IMG/VR virus record: IMGVR_UViG_3300009788_000015
Location: 1 to 58,953 of that record
Source: a virus
Taxonomy: Duplodnaviria; Caudoviricetes
Length of the DNA stretch: 58,953 nucleotides
Direction: 5' to 3' (one strand)
Both the position numbers and the translations under genes were made by a program. The notes beneath the pieces are model-generated. The model saw only the letters and a program-made list of their open reading frames with translations, did no database searches and was not told where the DNA came from. Each line of letters starts with the position of its first letter. The stretch's first letter is position 1. This document shows positions 18,266-27,623 of the stretch, one piece after another.

Positions 18266-18793
18266 CTACTCCTTTGGTTTGTGGTCGTGGTGGTCCGGGT
18301 GGACCATGTCGGATTCCTCGGCGCCTTCGTTCCCCTTGGCCTCCCCGTCTCTGGGCACAGCGAAGGCGGCCATGATCTCCACGCCGCGTTCGACGAGTTT
18401 CCGCGGCGTAACGTCCTGGTCGTCGAGCAGCCACTCCATACTCGCCACGGTGTGCTCGGCGGCCAGCCTGAAGCTGACGTCGAAGGCGTTGAACGCCTCG
18501 CTGGACAAGTGCTCGCCGACGACGCGCCTAGGAATCTCGAAGTAGGCGTGGCACACGTGCAGCAGCTCGTGCCGCAGCGTCTCCAGGACGTGGCCCGCGT
18601 CGTCGTGCTTCGCCGAGTCAAACCCCAGCGTCGCGCGAAAGTGCGGCACGTCCACCAGGCACGTGCCGATGTCGTCGTCAGCCAAGGCGCGGTAATGGAC
18701 ATTGACGTGCCACCGGCTCAGGCCCAGGGCCATCCGCATCTCGCGGACCGCCCCGTCGACGACCTTGCGAACCTGCGCGTCGCTCATGCTCAT
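18266..18793 (-). CDS. Putative zincin metallopeptidase-like protein
   Basis: HELLH (HExxH) motif with downstream E. Confidence 0.6.
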   Translation of the reverse strand: MSMSDAQVRKVVDGAVREMRMALGLSRWHVNVHYRALADDDIGTCLVDVPHFRATLGFDSAKHDDAGHVLETLRHELLHVCHAYFEIPRRVVGEHLSSEAFNAFDVSFRLAAEHTVASMEWLLDDQDVTPRKLVERGVEIMAAFAVPRDGEAKGNEGAEESDMVHPDHHDHKPKE

Positions 18794-19215
18794 CAGTCCA
18801 CCCTCTTGACCCGCAGGCCCATGAAGCACATGTCCAGTGCGAGGTCCTCTGTCACCGTGAAGTTCAGCAGGTTGCGCTCGCAAGCCCTGGTGACCTCGTC
18901 CTCGGTGAGCACAATCTCCGACACCCCCGCCCTGATCAAGCTTGCCGCGCGCTCGGAGAGCCGTTCGAGCTCTCCTCGAGCTTCAGGAAAGAGGGTCGCC
19001 TCCGGAAAACCACCGTACACAGACGTGTTGCTGAACCGATCGACGGACACGACGACTTCTGCAGAGCGCCTATCCGCGCACGTCGAGCACGGACACCGGC
19101 TCCACAACCACTCCCACCGCAGCTGCCACGCCTTCGGCATCGGCTCGTTCCACGGCCGGATCAGCTCAGAGGCCAAGGAGATGGCAGCGCAGAAGATCAA
19201 CATGGCCCAGATCAT
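18793..19215 (-). CDS. Hypothetical protein with N-terminal hydrophobic segment and CxxC
   Basis: Coupled to neighbouring genes. Confidence 0.5.
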   Translation of the reverse strand: MIWAMLIFCAAISLASELIRPWNEPMPKAWQLRWEWLWSRCPCSTCADRRSAEVVVSVDRFSNTSVYGGFPEATLFPEARGELERLSERAASLIRAGVSEIVLTEDEVTRACERNLLNFTVTEDLALDMCFMGLRVKRVD

Positions 19216-19420
19216 GGTGACAGCGCCGGCCGGGGGCGGGGCGGGGTCGACTGGCCGTGGTCCCGCGTCCCTGCCGGTTGGCTGCCCGACATCGTGCCCA
19301 ACGGCGGCGCGGAGTCAATAGGAGGCGGAACCTGCAAGGTTATAGGCCCAGGAACCCGCCGGCCGTCAGGGCTCTCGCCCTTGCCCCCTGACCAGCGGGC
19401 CCCAGGCACCCGCAATCGTC

Positions 19421-19621
19421 TCACTCGCCGGGGTCGTCCACCAGCCCTTCGTTTTCGCTGCTAGGACCAGGCAGCGGAATCAGCTGCAGGCGGAGCCCCA
19501 GGGCCTCGGCGACGCCCCGCATGTGCGGCGCGTGCTCCACGCAGATGCCGGCCTCGTCCTCCCCCGGCCAGGTGAACCGATACGCGGCGACAGCGCCACA
19601 ACCCTGTTGGCTGCAGATCAC
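19421..19621 (-). CDS. Small Zn-finger-like hypothetical protein
   Basis: CSQQGC...CVEH. Confidence 0.55.
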   Translation of the reverse strand: MICSQQGCGAVAAYRFTWPGEDEAGICVEHAPHMRGVAEALGLRLQLIPLPGPSSENEGLVDDPGE

Positions 19622-20004
19622 GCGACCTCGACCCAGAGCGCGACCACGCCCTCGGCGACGCCCTGCAGGTCGCTCTTGCCGAGGTCCGTGATCGGGCCGA
19701 TATACACGGCGAGCTTTTCCTGCTCGCGGGCGTACGCCAGGTCGACCTCCTTGCGCGCCAAGAACTTCGACCGCTCGCGCACGTTGTGCATCGAGTCCAA
19801 CACGTCGAAGCCCGCTCGCTTCGCCGACTCCTGCCCAACCTCGAAGGCCTTGAAGCCCACGGGCGTGCGACAGTTGCCAGCGATGAACACAACCCAGAGC
19901 GCGGCGTTGTCCTTCGCCGGCCCGAGCGGCAACTTCGGCACGCTGAAGCCCGCGAGCATCGCGCTGGCGCCGGCGATGAGTCCACGCCTGGTGATCCTCT
20001 CCAC
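19618..20004 (-). CDS. Hypothetical protein with twin-arginine-like leader
   Basis: GGAGG RBS, GTG start, ITRRGLIAGASAMLAGF. Confidence 0.55.
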   Translation of the reverse strand: MERITRRGLIAGASAMLAGFSVPKLPLGPAKDNAALWVVFIAGNCRTPVGFKAFEVGQESAKRAGFDVLDSMHNVRERSKFLARKEVDLAYAREQEKLAVYIGPITDLGKSDLQGVAEGVVALWVEVA

Positions 20005-20005
20005 G

Positions 20006-20233
20006 TCAGTCCTCCTTGCCCGGCGCGTCGTCTCCCTCGCCAAGTTCGCGCACGAACCCAACCAGCAGCATCAGGCCCTTGCACGGGTCGGTGCCCACGT
20101 CGTGCGGCCTCGTGCAGGTGATGAGCACGCAGCCGTCGTGGGCTAGCTGCGCGGCGGGTTGCCTCGCCTGGCGTCTGGTGCGCCAGCCGCAGAGCTGGCA
20201 GTACCACTGGTTGAGGTATCGTTCGCTGGCCAT
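20006..20233 (-). CDS. Zn-ribbon-like hypothetical protein
   Basis: CQLC...C...C; directly downstream of a predicted promoter. Confidence 0.55.
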   Translation of the reverse strand: MASERYLNQWYCQLCGWRTRRQARQPAAQLAHDGCVLITCTRPHDVGTDPCKGLMLLVGFVRELGEGDDAPGKED

Positions 20234-20241
20234 AGGTCGCA

Positions 20242-20270
20242 AGGATGCCAACTGGGCGCCCCGAGGTCAA
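20242..20270 (-). promoter_or_regulatory. Sigma70-type promoter TTGACC-17-CATCCT, near-leaderless
   Basis: 17-bp spacing; -10 ends 8 nt before ATG 20233. Confidence 0.55.
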
Positions 20271-20323
20271 ACCCGTTCGCCGGGGGCCGGTCTCCTCAGG
20301 CGCAGCGAACCGCCGCCGCTTCG

Positions 20324-21352
20324 TCACCCGAGCAGCTCCTCGACCTCGCGCAGGGACCTGGCCATGCGGCGCCACCACTCCAGGAGCACGTCGACGTTGC
20401 GGACCTCGCCCCGCTCGGCCTTGCCGATCCACCAGGCGGACAGCCCGGTCCACCCGGCCACCTCCCTGGGCGACAGCCCGGACCGCCGTCGAAGGACGAA
20501 CGCCTCCTCGTGCGCCTCCAGGCGCCGCAGGTTGGCCCGTGGTGGCCCCGATTCGCCCAGCTCCCACCGGTGGTACCGACCGGCCGCGACGCCGTACAGG
20601 GCGGCACACGCCCCCTGGGAGAGTCCTGCGCGGCGTCGGCTGACCTCCAGGGTCTCGCCCAGCGTCAGGTCATCAACAGTCAGGATCGGCTCCACGATCG
20701 TCGGATCCTTTTCTAATCGGTAGATCGCCACGTGGGCGCCAGGCTCCTGGCCCGGGTCGGCCCACAGCTTGAGCGGCGGCGCCCAGGCCACCTGCTGGTC
20801 GTCGCACCATACCAGGTGCGGGCAGCCGTCAAAGCCCCCGAGGGCGTCCACCAGCGCCTTGCCGAGGTTGTCCGCGTCGGGCTTGGAGGTGTGGAAGGTC
20901 GGGGCCCCGGCCTTGAGCTCCCGGTCCCGCCGCCCGGCGACGTGGTGCGACTTGGGCCGCCGGAACCTGAAGGTCATCTCGACGGCCACCGCGACACCGA
21001 GGGGGACCAGCCCGGTCACCCCGCCGCGGAGCAGGGCCAGCCGACACGCGGCCCGGGCGCCGTGCTTCCACGCGTCGGCCGAGTGGTCCCGGTGGATTCG
21101 ACCGTCCTGCCCCTTCCTCGCCCGGGGCTCGCCGGCGGGTTCGCCCTCGACTTCGAAGGCGGTGAAGTCGAGGTCGCGGGATTTGCTGGCCCTTTGGGGG
21201 GCCCCCCTACGGGGGGCACCCCCCCAGGGGCCACCAAACCTCATCCCGTGCGGCCCATCCGGCCTTTGCTGGCCCTTTTTGGTAACGCACTGTGCTACAT
21301 GGGTTTGTGACTTTGCTGGCCCATCCGGCCCTTTTGCTGGCCCACCCTTCAC
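20324..21352 (-). CDS. rusA: RusA-like Holliday junction resolvase fused in frame to a tandem XRE-HTH module
   Basis: VEGEPAGEPRAR...FRFRRPKS...KPDADNLGKALVDAL...DDQQV; C-terminal two HTH units. Confidence 0.8.
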   Translation of the reverse strand: MKGGPAKGPDGPAKSQTHVAQCVTKKGQQRPDGPHGMRFGGPWGGAPRRGAPQRASKSRDLDFTAFEVEGEPAGEPRARKGQDGRIHRDHSADAWKHGARAACRLALLRGGVTGLVPLGVAVAVEMTFRFRRPKSHHVAGRRDRELKAGAPTFHTSKPDADNLGKALVDALGGFDGCPHLVWCDDQQVAWAPPLKLWADPGQEPGAHVAIYRLEKDPTIVEPILTVDDLTLGETLEVSRRRAGLSQGACAALYGVAAGRYHRWELGESGPPRANLRRLEAHEEAFVLRRRSGLSPREVAGWTGLSAWWIGKAERGEVRNVDVLLEWWRRMARSLREVEELLG

Positions 21353-21380
21353 GACAGTAGGTCCCCGATTTGCTGGCCCT
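21180..21380. repeat. Iteron-like array, putative replication origin
   Basis: TTTGCTGGCCC at 21182, 21265, 21312, 21333, 21369, plus a G/C homopolymer hairpin at 21196-21225. Confidence 0.7.
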
Positions 21381-23412
21381 CACCCGTGGGCCGGGCCGTA
21401 AGTCCTGGCTCCGTAAGGACGTAGCTCCGATTCTTGTCCTCGCCCGCCTTTGCGAGCCACCCGGCCACCACCGCCGCGTCCACCCGCCGCCGCGCCTGCT
21501 TCGGCGAGCAGCTGAGTAGCGACGCCAGCTCGGCGCGCGGGGTCACCAGTCCGACCCGCTCGCGGACCACGGCGAGCAGCCCGTCGTCCACCTCGGGGAA
21601 CATGTCGGCCACGCTGGCCTGCCGGTCGACGAACGTCACGGCCGTCACCGGGCGGCCCCGGTCGTCCTCGCCTAGCTGCACCGGCAGCAACACGCCCTCG
21701 ATCCTGTCCGGGCGGGCCCAGTCCTTGTGCTTGTGGGGGGTGGCGTAGGCGGCCGAGCCGCCGCCGGGCCTGGTGACCTCGAAGGAGGCGTCCAGGGCCG
21801 CGCCCATGGCCGAGCTGCCCCGGCCCCTACCCTTGTCGGCGTGCCCGGTGTGGTGGACCAGGAGCACCAGGGCGCCCGTCTCGCGGACCAGGGCGTCGAC
21901 CTGGTCGACGAAGGCGCCCATGTCCTCGCTCGAGTTCTCGTTGCCCGGCCCGAAGTTCCGCGCCTGGGTGTCCAACACGATCAGCGCCGGCGGCTCGCCC
22001 GGCTCGGCGTTCAGGACCGCCCGGACCTCCCGGGCCCACCTGGCCCGGTTCTCGGGCAGCAGCAGGGCCCCGGGCCGGGTGGACAGGTAGACCGGCAGGT
22101 CGTGGGGGCGCAGCGTGGGGTCCACCTGGTCGAGCTGGGCCTCGAACCGCCGGCCGAGGCCGTCGAGGCCCTCGCCAGCGACGTAGAACACCCGGCCGGG
22201 CCGGTCGAGCTCGTAGCCGTGCCAGTCCATTCCGGCGGCGACGTGGATCGCCAGGGACACGACCATGGCCGTCTTGCCCGAGCTCGGGTCGCCGAAGAAC
22301 TGGGCCATGCCCCTGGCCGGCAGCAGCCCGTGCAGCAGGAACTGGGCGCGGCGGCCGCGCTCGATGGCGTCGGCGAGCTGCAGGAACCAACCACCGGTGG
22401 GGGCGTCCTGCCTTTGTGGCGGCCGCCAACTTGGCAGGTCGAACCCGTCGTCGAAGGTGGCCCGCAGCCTGCCCGGGCCCTTGGCGTGGGTGCGGCAGAG
22501 GTCGGCCGTGACCCAGTCCTCGCGGCCGTAGCGGGCCGGGTCCCGGCTCTCCACCTCGCCCCGGCCGTAGGCGGTCTCGTGGATCAGGAACGATGCGGCC
22601 TCGGCGACGTGGTCCCTGGCCGCCCGCAGGACGGCCACCTCCAGCTCCTGGAAGCCCTCCGAGGCGGACGGGTGCCCCATGGCTTCCCAGTAACCGGCCG
22701 CCAGGTGGGCGATCCTACCGTTCTTGGGCAGCCGCTGGGCGACCTCGCCGCGCCGGGGTGGTGGGCCCTGGCCATCGGGCCGCGCCGCCCCGGACACCGC
22801 CCCGGCGTCCATCTGGGCCCCGTAGCGCTGCCGCAGCCAGCCCAGGCCGCCGGGCGCCGGCAGCGGCTCGGCCGAGGTGCCCTTGAGCTGGTCGCCGGTC
22901 ACGGTCACGTACTGGGCGGGCCCGCAGCCGAAGACCTGGATCTCGGGCGCCTTGTCGATGGGGCTATCCGCCGGCACCCGGATAATCGGCACCGGCGGCG
23001 GGAGCGCGGGGACGACCACGAACGTGCGCAGCCCGGTGCCGGACGGGCTGACCTCGGTGTAGCTGTTCAGGAAGGCGTCGAGGACGAACTGGGCCCAGGG
23101 CACCACCTGGCCGTCGAAGTAGCAGGCGTCCAGATCCAGCGCCAGCAGGAAGCCGTCCGGGACCTCGACGCCACCGGTGAAGACGAAGCCGCGGCCCCCG
23201 TCGGGGCCGCACTCCACGTTCTGCACGTTCTTGAACGTGCGGCGGTTTGCCTCGTCCTTCGTGCTGCCCGCCGGCTTCTTGGTGAGCCTGCCGCCCGCGT
23301 TCTGCTCCAGGCGCCACGTGGTCCAGCGCGGGATTCGCCGCAACATCTCGGGTATTTGGGCGCGCCGTGGGTCGTTGGACTCCCTACCGCGCGTCCCTTT
23401 GGTGTTTGGCAT
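21349..23412 (-). CDS. Primase-polymerase / RecA-type (AAA_25) helicase
   Basis: LDLDAC...YTEVSPSGTGLR (prim-pol); GDPSSGKT Walker A, LIVLDT, LVHHTG...RGSSA; likely ATG at 23412. Confidence 0.88.
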   Translation of the reverse strand: MPNTKGTRGRESNDPRRAQIPEMLRRIPRWTTWRLEQNAGGRLTKKPAGSTKDEANRRTFKNVQNVECGPDGGRGFVFTGGVEVPDGFLLALDLDACYFDGQVVPWAQFVLDAFLNSYTEVSPSGTGLRTFVVVPALPPPVPIIRVPADSPIDKAPEIQVFGCGPAQYVTVTGDQLKGTSAEPLPAPGGLGWLRQRYGAQMDAGAVSGAARPDGQGPPPRRGEVAQRLPKNGRIAHLAAGYWEAMGHPSASEGFQELEVAVLRAARDHVAEAASFLIHETAYGRGEVESRDPARYGREDWVTADLCRTHAKGPGRLRATFDDGFDLPSWRPPQRQDAPTGGWFLQLADAIERGRRAQFLLHGLLPARGMAQFFGDPSSGKTAMVVSLAIHVAAGMDWHGYELDRPGRVFYVAGEGLDGLGRRFEAQLDQVDPTLRPHDLPVYLSTRPGALLLPENRARWAREVRAVLNAEPGEPPALIVLDTQARNFGPGNENSSEDMGAFVDQVDALVRETGALVLLVHHTGHADKGRGRGSSAMGAALDASFEVTRPGGGSAAYATPHKHKDWARPDRIEGVLLPVQLGEDDRGRPVTAVTFVDRQASVADMFPEVDDGLLAVVRERVGLVTPRAELASLLSCSPKQARRRVDAAVVAGWLAKAGEDKNRSYVLTEPGLTARPTGEGQQIGDLLS

Positions 23413-23558
23413 CGCCGCCCTGAATGCACCGGCGCGGTCGACCCGCCGGGGCGCCAATGCTGCCGTCGAGTGGGCGCCCGGGCAAGAGAGAAAAGCCAAC
23501 TGTTCCGTGGACCCGGCGCGGCCGCGCAGCTACCGTTTTTGGCCCACCTGCAGCCGCC

Positions 23559-24980
23559 ATGCTCGCCCTCTACCCATACCAAAAGACCGGCGCCGACTGG
23601 CTCGCCGAGCGCGCGCGGGGCTGCCTGTTCGACGAGATGGGGATGGGCAAGACCATCACCGCAATCCGTGGTGCTGGACAGGCCGGCGCCCACCACATCT
23701 TGGTATTGGTGCCGACGGTCGTGCTCTGGAACTGGGAGCGCGAGTTCAAGAGGTGGGCACCAGCGGCCGACGTCCAGGTGCTCGAATCGGGGCGCGACCA
23801 GGTCGTGGACCGCCCGCGGGCGGCGAAGAAGCTCGGCGTCCTCGGCCCGCAGCACGACGTCGTCGTCACCACCCACGGCCTGATCCTGCGGCCCGCGATC
23901 TTCTCGCAGCTCGTGGCGCGACGGTGGGATCTGCTGGTCGTCGACGAGTGCCACTTCTTCAGGGGCCCCGAGGCGAAGCGAACGAACCGGCTCTACAACC
24001 TCGAACGGCCGGCGGTCCCCGACGCCGGGCTAGACATGGAGGTGAAGGCGCTGGCGGACGCCGCATTCCGCGTCTGGCTGCTGTCCGGGACGCCGATGCC
24101 CAACCACGTCGGCGAGCTCTGGACCCATCTGCGCGGCCTGTTCCCCGAGCGAATCAGGAACGTCAAGCTCAAGCCCGCGAGCCACGCCGCGTTCCTCGAC
24201 GCCTACTGCGTCACGAGGGAGACGAAGTACGGGCCCAAGGTCGTCCACAACAAGAACCTGGGTCACTTGAGGAAGAGGCTGCGCGGCATCGTGCTGCGCC
24301 GGATGAAGAAGGACCACCTCAAGGACCTGCCGCCGATCCGCTACGAGCTCGTCACCCTCAAGCCGCGCAAGATGCCGTGGGAGCTGAAGGTCCTCGACGG
24401 CCGGCTGCGCCCCAAGCTCGTGGAGGCGGCGAAGGAGGGCCTCGGTGACGATGCCGGCCCCGACGCCGCCTGGCGCGCGCTCAGGGGCGAGGAGGACTTC
24501 ACGCGGCTGCGCCGCATGATCGGGCTGGCGAAGCTGGAGCCGGTGGTCGAGCTGCTGTCCATGGAGCTGGAGTCGCGCGCCTTGGACAAGGTCGTGCTCT
24601 TCGCGCATCACGTGGAGACGATCAGCATGGCGGCGGACGCGCTGGCGAAGTTCGGCGCGATCGTCATCACCGGGGCGACACCGGCGCGCCGGCGCCAGGA
24701 TCTGATCGACGCCTTCCAGCAGCGCCCGAGCGTGCGGGTCGCGGTGTGCAACATCGTGGCCGCCGGCACCGGCACGACGATGACGGCCGCCGCCGACGTG
24801 CTCTTCCTGGAGGCGTCGTTCGTGCCCGGCGAGAACGCGCAGGCCGCGCAGCGCGTCCATCGCATTGGCCAGGACGCCAAGGTGCGGGTGCGGTTCGTGG
24901 CGCTGGCCGGCACCAGCGACGAGGACCTGGTGCGCGCGCTGCGCAGGAAGACCGAGATGATCCGCGAGGTACTGAACTGA
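23559..24980 (+). CDS. SNF2-family helicase
   Basis: LYPYQ, DEMGMGKT, DECH, LSGTPMPN, QAAQRVHRIGQ. Confidence 0.92.
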   Translation: MLALYPYQKTGADWLAERARGCLFDEMGMGKTITAIRGAGQAGAHHILVLVPTVVLWNWEREFKRWAPAADVQVLESGRDQVVDRPRAAKKLGVLGPQHDVVVTTHGLILRPAIFSQLVARRWDLLVVDECHFFRGPEAKRTNRLYNLERPAVPDAGLDMEVKALADAAFRVWLLSGTPMPNHVGELWTHLRGLFPERIRNVKLKPASHAAFLDAYCVTRETKYGPKVVHNKNLGHLRKRLRGIVLRRMKKDHLKDLPPIRYELVTLKPRKMPWELKVLDGRLRPKLVEAAKEGLGDDAGPDAAWRALRGEEDFTRLRRMIGLAKLEPVVELLSMELESRALDKVVLFAHHVETISMAADALAKFGAIVITGATPARRRQDLIDAFQQRPSVRVAVCNIVAAGTGTTMTAAADVLFLEASFVPGENAQAAQRVHRIGQDAKVRVRFVALAGTSDEDLVRALRRKTEMIREVLN

Positions 24981-25276
24981 TGGCCGCCGAAGAGTGCGCC
25001 AGGTGCTCCGTGTGCGACGAGGAGCTGCGCGGGAAGACCTGGATCGGGCTCAACCGCTTCGTGCTGGGCACGAAGCTCGGCACGTGCATGTCAGAACTGC
25101 ACGACGAGCACGGTGTGTGCCAGTGGCACCTGGGAGAGGTCCCCGCCGACGACCGCATGTCCGGCGCGTTGCTGTGCTGGCCAATCTGCGCCGCCACCTT
25201 CATCGGCATGCGGCTGGTAGAGGTGGAGCGTGAGTTCGAGCAACAGGGAAAGTCCCCCGAACCCAGAGGTGAATGA
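24980..25276 (+). CDS. Cys-rich hypothetical protein
   Basis: TGATG coupling; CSVC...CWPIC. Confidence 0.55.
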   Translation: MAAEECARCSVCDEELRGKTWIGLNRFVLGTKLGTCMSELHDEHGVCQWHLGEVPADDRMSGALLCWPICAATFIGMRLVEVEREFEQQGKSPEPRGE

Positions 25277-25677
25277 TGCAGACGCATCGAGACGACGACG
25301 CCCCCGACTCCGAGGCGTTGAAGAGGTTCCGCGAGGCCTTCGGCGACCAGCCGCATGTCCACGCGGACGAGCCCCGAAAGCTCCACGACGTGCTGCGGGA
25401 CCGCAGGCTCGCCGAGCTGAGGGACAAGGCGGCGAAGATGGTGGCGGCCGGCGAGAGCCAGATCACCGCCGGCGCGCCCGGGGAGGCGGAGGTGTTCTGC
25501 AGGTGCATCGGGCGGGTCACTGTGCGCAAGTTGCCGCGCGACCCGCTCTGCACGAGGATCTCCGTGGGCGGGATGCCCGGTGACGACTCGACCAACTACC
25601 TGGTCTACCGGGGCGATGGCGCCGAGGTCCGGCGCCTGCTCACCGAGGCGCTCGACTCCATGGGGGACCTGCCTTGA
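25273..25677 (+). CDS. Hypothetical protein
   Basis: Coupled ORF, GAGG RBS. Confidence 0.6.
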   Translation: MMQTHRDDDAPDSEALKRFREAFGDQPHVHADEPRKLHDVLRDRRLAELRDKAAKMVAAGESQITAGAPGEAEVFCRCIGRVTVRKLPRDPLCTRISVGGMPGDDSTNYLVYRGDGAEVRRLLTEALDSMGDLP

Positions 25678-25904
25678 GCAAAGACGGCCCCATCTTCGAG
25701 AAGTTCAAGGTCGAGCGCACCGACGGCGGGCACCTCCCCGGCAGGAAGCACCACGGCTGCTTCTACTGGGTGCTCGACGTCACCCACGACCCGCACGCGC
25801 GCGCGGCGTTGGTCACCTACGAGATGGCGTGCCGCCTGACCCACCCGCAGCTGGCCGACGAACTGCGGCACTTGATCTGCGAGCTCGAAGGGGGATCGGA
25901 CTGA
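25674..25904 (+). CDS. Hypothetical protein (FEKFKVERTDG...YWVLD...DPHARAAL)
   Basis: Coupled ORF with a common small-phage-protein pattern. Confidence 0.6.
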   Translation: MSKDGPIFEKFKVERTDGGHLPGRKHHGCFYWVLDVTHDPHARAALVTYEMACRLTHPQLADELRHLICELEGGSD

Positions 25905-26131
25905 TGCCACACCAGATACTGCTGAGCGACGCGGAAATTGAGTCCGGGCTGAACCGGGTCCAGCGCGCCGAAGCCCTGATCCTCCAGCTCCCCGCGGACC
26001 ACGACGGCCGCAACACGTGGCTGCTCAACTTCGGCGTGGACATAGAGGCCCGGAGGCGCCGGGGCATGCGCGGCATCTGCTGGGACCACATGCGACGGTG
26101 CGCCAAATCCTACGAGGAGCCAGAGCAGTGA
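25904..26131 (+). CDS. Hypothetical protein
   Basis: AEALILQLPADHDGRNTWLLNFG; coupled. Confidence 0.55.
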   Translation: MPHQILLSDAEIESGLNRVQRAEALILQLPADHDGRNTWLLNFGVDIEARRRRGMRGICWDHMRRCAKSYEEPEQ

Positions 26132-26412
26132 GGCACCCCAAGGTGACGGAGCTGGCCGACGCGCTCATCGTGGTCGGCGACCTGATCGAGGAGCTGGTCA
26201 AGGAGAAGATCCAGGTCGACCTGCAGGTCTGGCACGACGGTGGCGGCACGTCGATGCTGCTGCGCGAGCTGAGCGGCGAGTTCGAACTGCGGGCGTCGAC
26301 CGTCTATACCGTCGAGCCCGAGGAAGTCGAGGAGCCTAAAGAGCCCGAGCCGTCAGTGGGCGAGGTGGTCCTGCAGGCCGACTTCGAGGTCCCACCGCAG
26401 GAGAAAGACTGA
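26128..26412 (+). CDS. Acidic hypothetical protein
   Basis: GTGA coupling, GGAG RBS. Confidence 0.55.
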   Translation: MRHPKVTELADALIVVGDLIEELVKEKIQVDLQVWHDGGGTSMLLRELSGEFELRASTVYTVEPEEVEEPKEPEPSVGEVVLQADFEVPPQEKD

Positions 26413-26414
26413 CG

Positions 26415-26783
26415 ATGCGCGACCCCTACAAGCACGACGTCGCCGGCACCAGCTACATCAGGGGCGTCACCGACTTCAACTTCGAGGCGCTGTTCGTGGT
26501 GGTGGCGATGGTGGTGCCCAGCGGGGACTTCCGCGGCGCCATCAAGAGCATCGTGATGCACCCGACCGTCCTTGCGAGGTACCTCCTGCTGCGCCTGGAA
26601 GTGGAGGTCCCGGCGGTGGTCGCAGAGAAGGTCATGAGGGCGATCCAGGCCGACGCGGGGACGCTGCTCGGCATGCCGATCGTGGTGGACTCGAGCGCGC
26701 CCCGCCACGGGGACACCTACCACACCAAGGTCACGGCGCGCGACGGGCGCACCGGCGTCCTGGTGACGAGGGAGGGACGGTGA
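26415..26783 (+). CDS. Hypothetical protein
   Basis: GGAG RBS, ATG start. Confidence 0.55.
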   Translation: MRDPYKHDVAGTSYIRGVTDFNFEALFVVVAMVVPSGDFRGAIKSIVMHPTVLARYLLLRLEVEVPAVVAEKVMRAIQADAGTLLGMPIVVDSSAPRHGDTYHTKVTARDGRTGVLVTREGR

Positions 26784-27094
26784 TGGCCGACCTGACCGAA
26801 GACCAACGCGTGGAGCTCGTCGCCGCCCTGCGGCTGCTCGCGGACCACCATGAGGAGTCGGGCGCGATCACAGGCGGCAAGAAACTCGACGACGCCCGCA
26901 TGGTGGTCACCTGCAGCGTGACCCGATACGCCATGGCGATGTTCGTCCAAGGCCTCGCGCACGGCGGCTACGTCAAGGAGGGCGCCTACCAGGACGAGCT
27001 GCTGCAGCGCGCCAGGAACCTGTTCGCTGGCCGCGGTTTCGCCACCGACGCTGAAGTCCGGGAAGGCTCGGAGACACACGACCTACTCAGTTGA
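26780..27094 (+). CDS. Hypothetical protein; C-domain paralogous to the next gene
   Basis: GYVKE...ELLQRARNLFAGRGFATD. Confidence 0.6.
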   Translation: MMADLTEDQRVELVAALRLLADHHEESGAITGGKKLDDARMVVTCSVTRYAMAMFVQGLAHGGYVKEGAYQDELLQRARNLFAGRGFATDAEVREGSETHDLLS

Positions 27095-27113
27095 AACCCA
27101 CGCATCCTGACGC

Positions 27114-27623
27114 ATGACGCACCGCGAGAGCCAGACCCTCGCTTACCACCGCATCCGCGACAACGGACTGCTGTCCCGCCTGCGGTTCCTGGTCTACGAA
27201 GCGATCTACAAGCACCAGGGCGAGGACGGCGTGACGAGCGGCGAACTTGACCGCATCATCTCGCGAGACGTGAACGCGTGGACGCGCAGCGCATCGCCCC
27301 GCCTTGGGGAGCTCGTCGACCTGGGCACGATCGAAGAGCTGCCGTTGAGGCCCTGCCGGGAGACCGGGCAGACAGTCATCGCGTACCGCACGACCGGCGA
27401 GCTACCAAACCCCGATGGACTGCACAGGGTCCGGCCCTTCGACTCGAAGCGATGCGCAATCGCCATGGCCAAGCTGTTCAAGCGCATCGTCGCCGAGGGC
27501 TACGTGCGCGAGGACCACGAAAAAGAGCTACTGGACCGGGCCCGCAACATGGAACATGGGCGCGGCTTCATCACTGACGAAGAACTATGGCAACAACAAC
27601 AGGTAGAGGACCTCCTAGCATGA
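27114..27623 (+). CDS. Winged-helix-like protein with paralogous C-domain
   Basis: VYEAI...GVTSGEL...ASPRLGELVDLG...RPCRETG; C-term GYVRE...ELLDRARNMEHGRGFITD. Confidence 0.6.
   Translation: MTHRESQTLAYHRIRDNGLLSRLRFLVYEAIYKHQGEDGVTSGELDRIISRDVNAWTRSASPRLGELVDLGTIEELPLRPCRETGQTVIAYRTTGELPNPDGLHRVRPFDSKRCAIAMAKLFKRIVAEGYVREDHEKELLDRARNMEHGRGFITDEELWQQQQVEDLLA

Noticed and set aside
19212-19424. 70-aa Pro/Gly-rich ORF
   Set aside because: Low-complexity with atypical codon usage; may be a regulatory spacer. Not enough support to call
21180-21380. Repeats as a mini CRISPR array
   Set aside because: Repeats are only 11-14 bp with irregular spacing (21-83 bp); better explained as iterons
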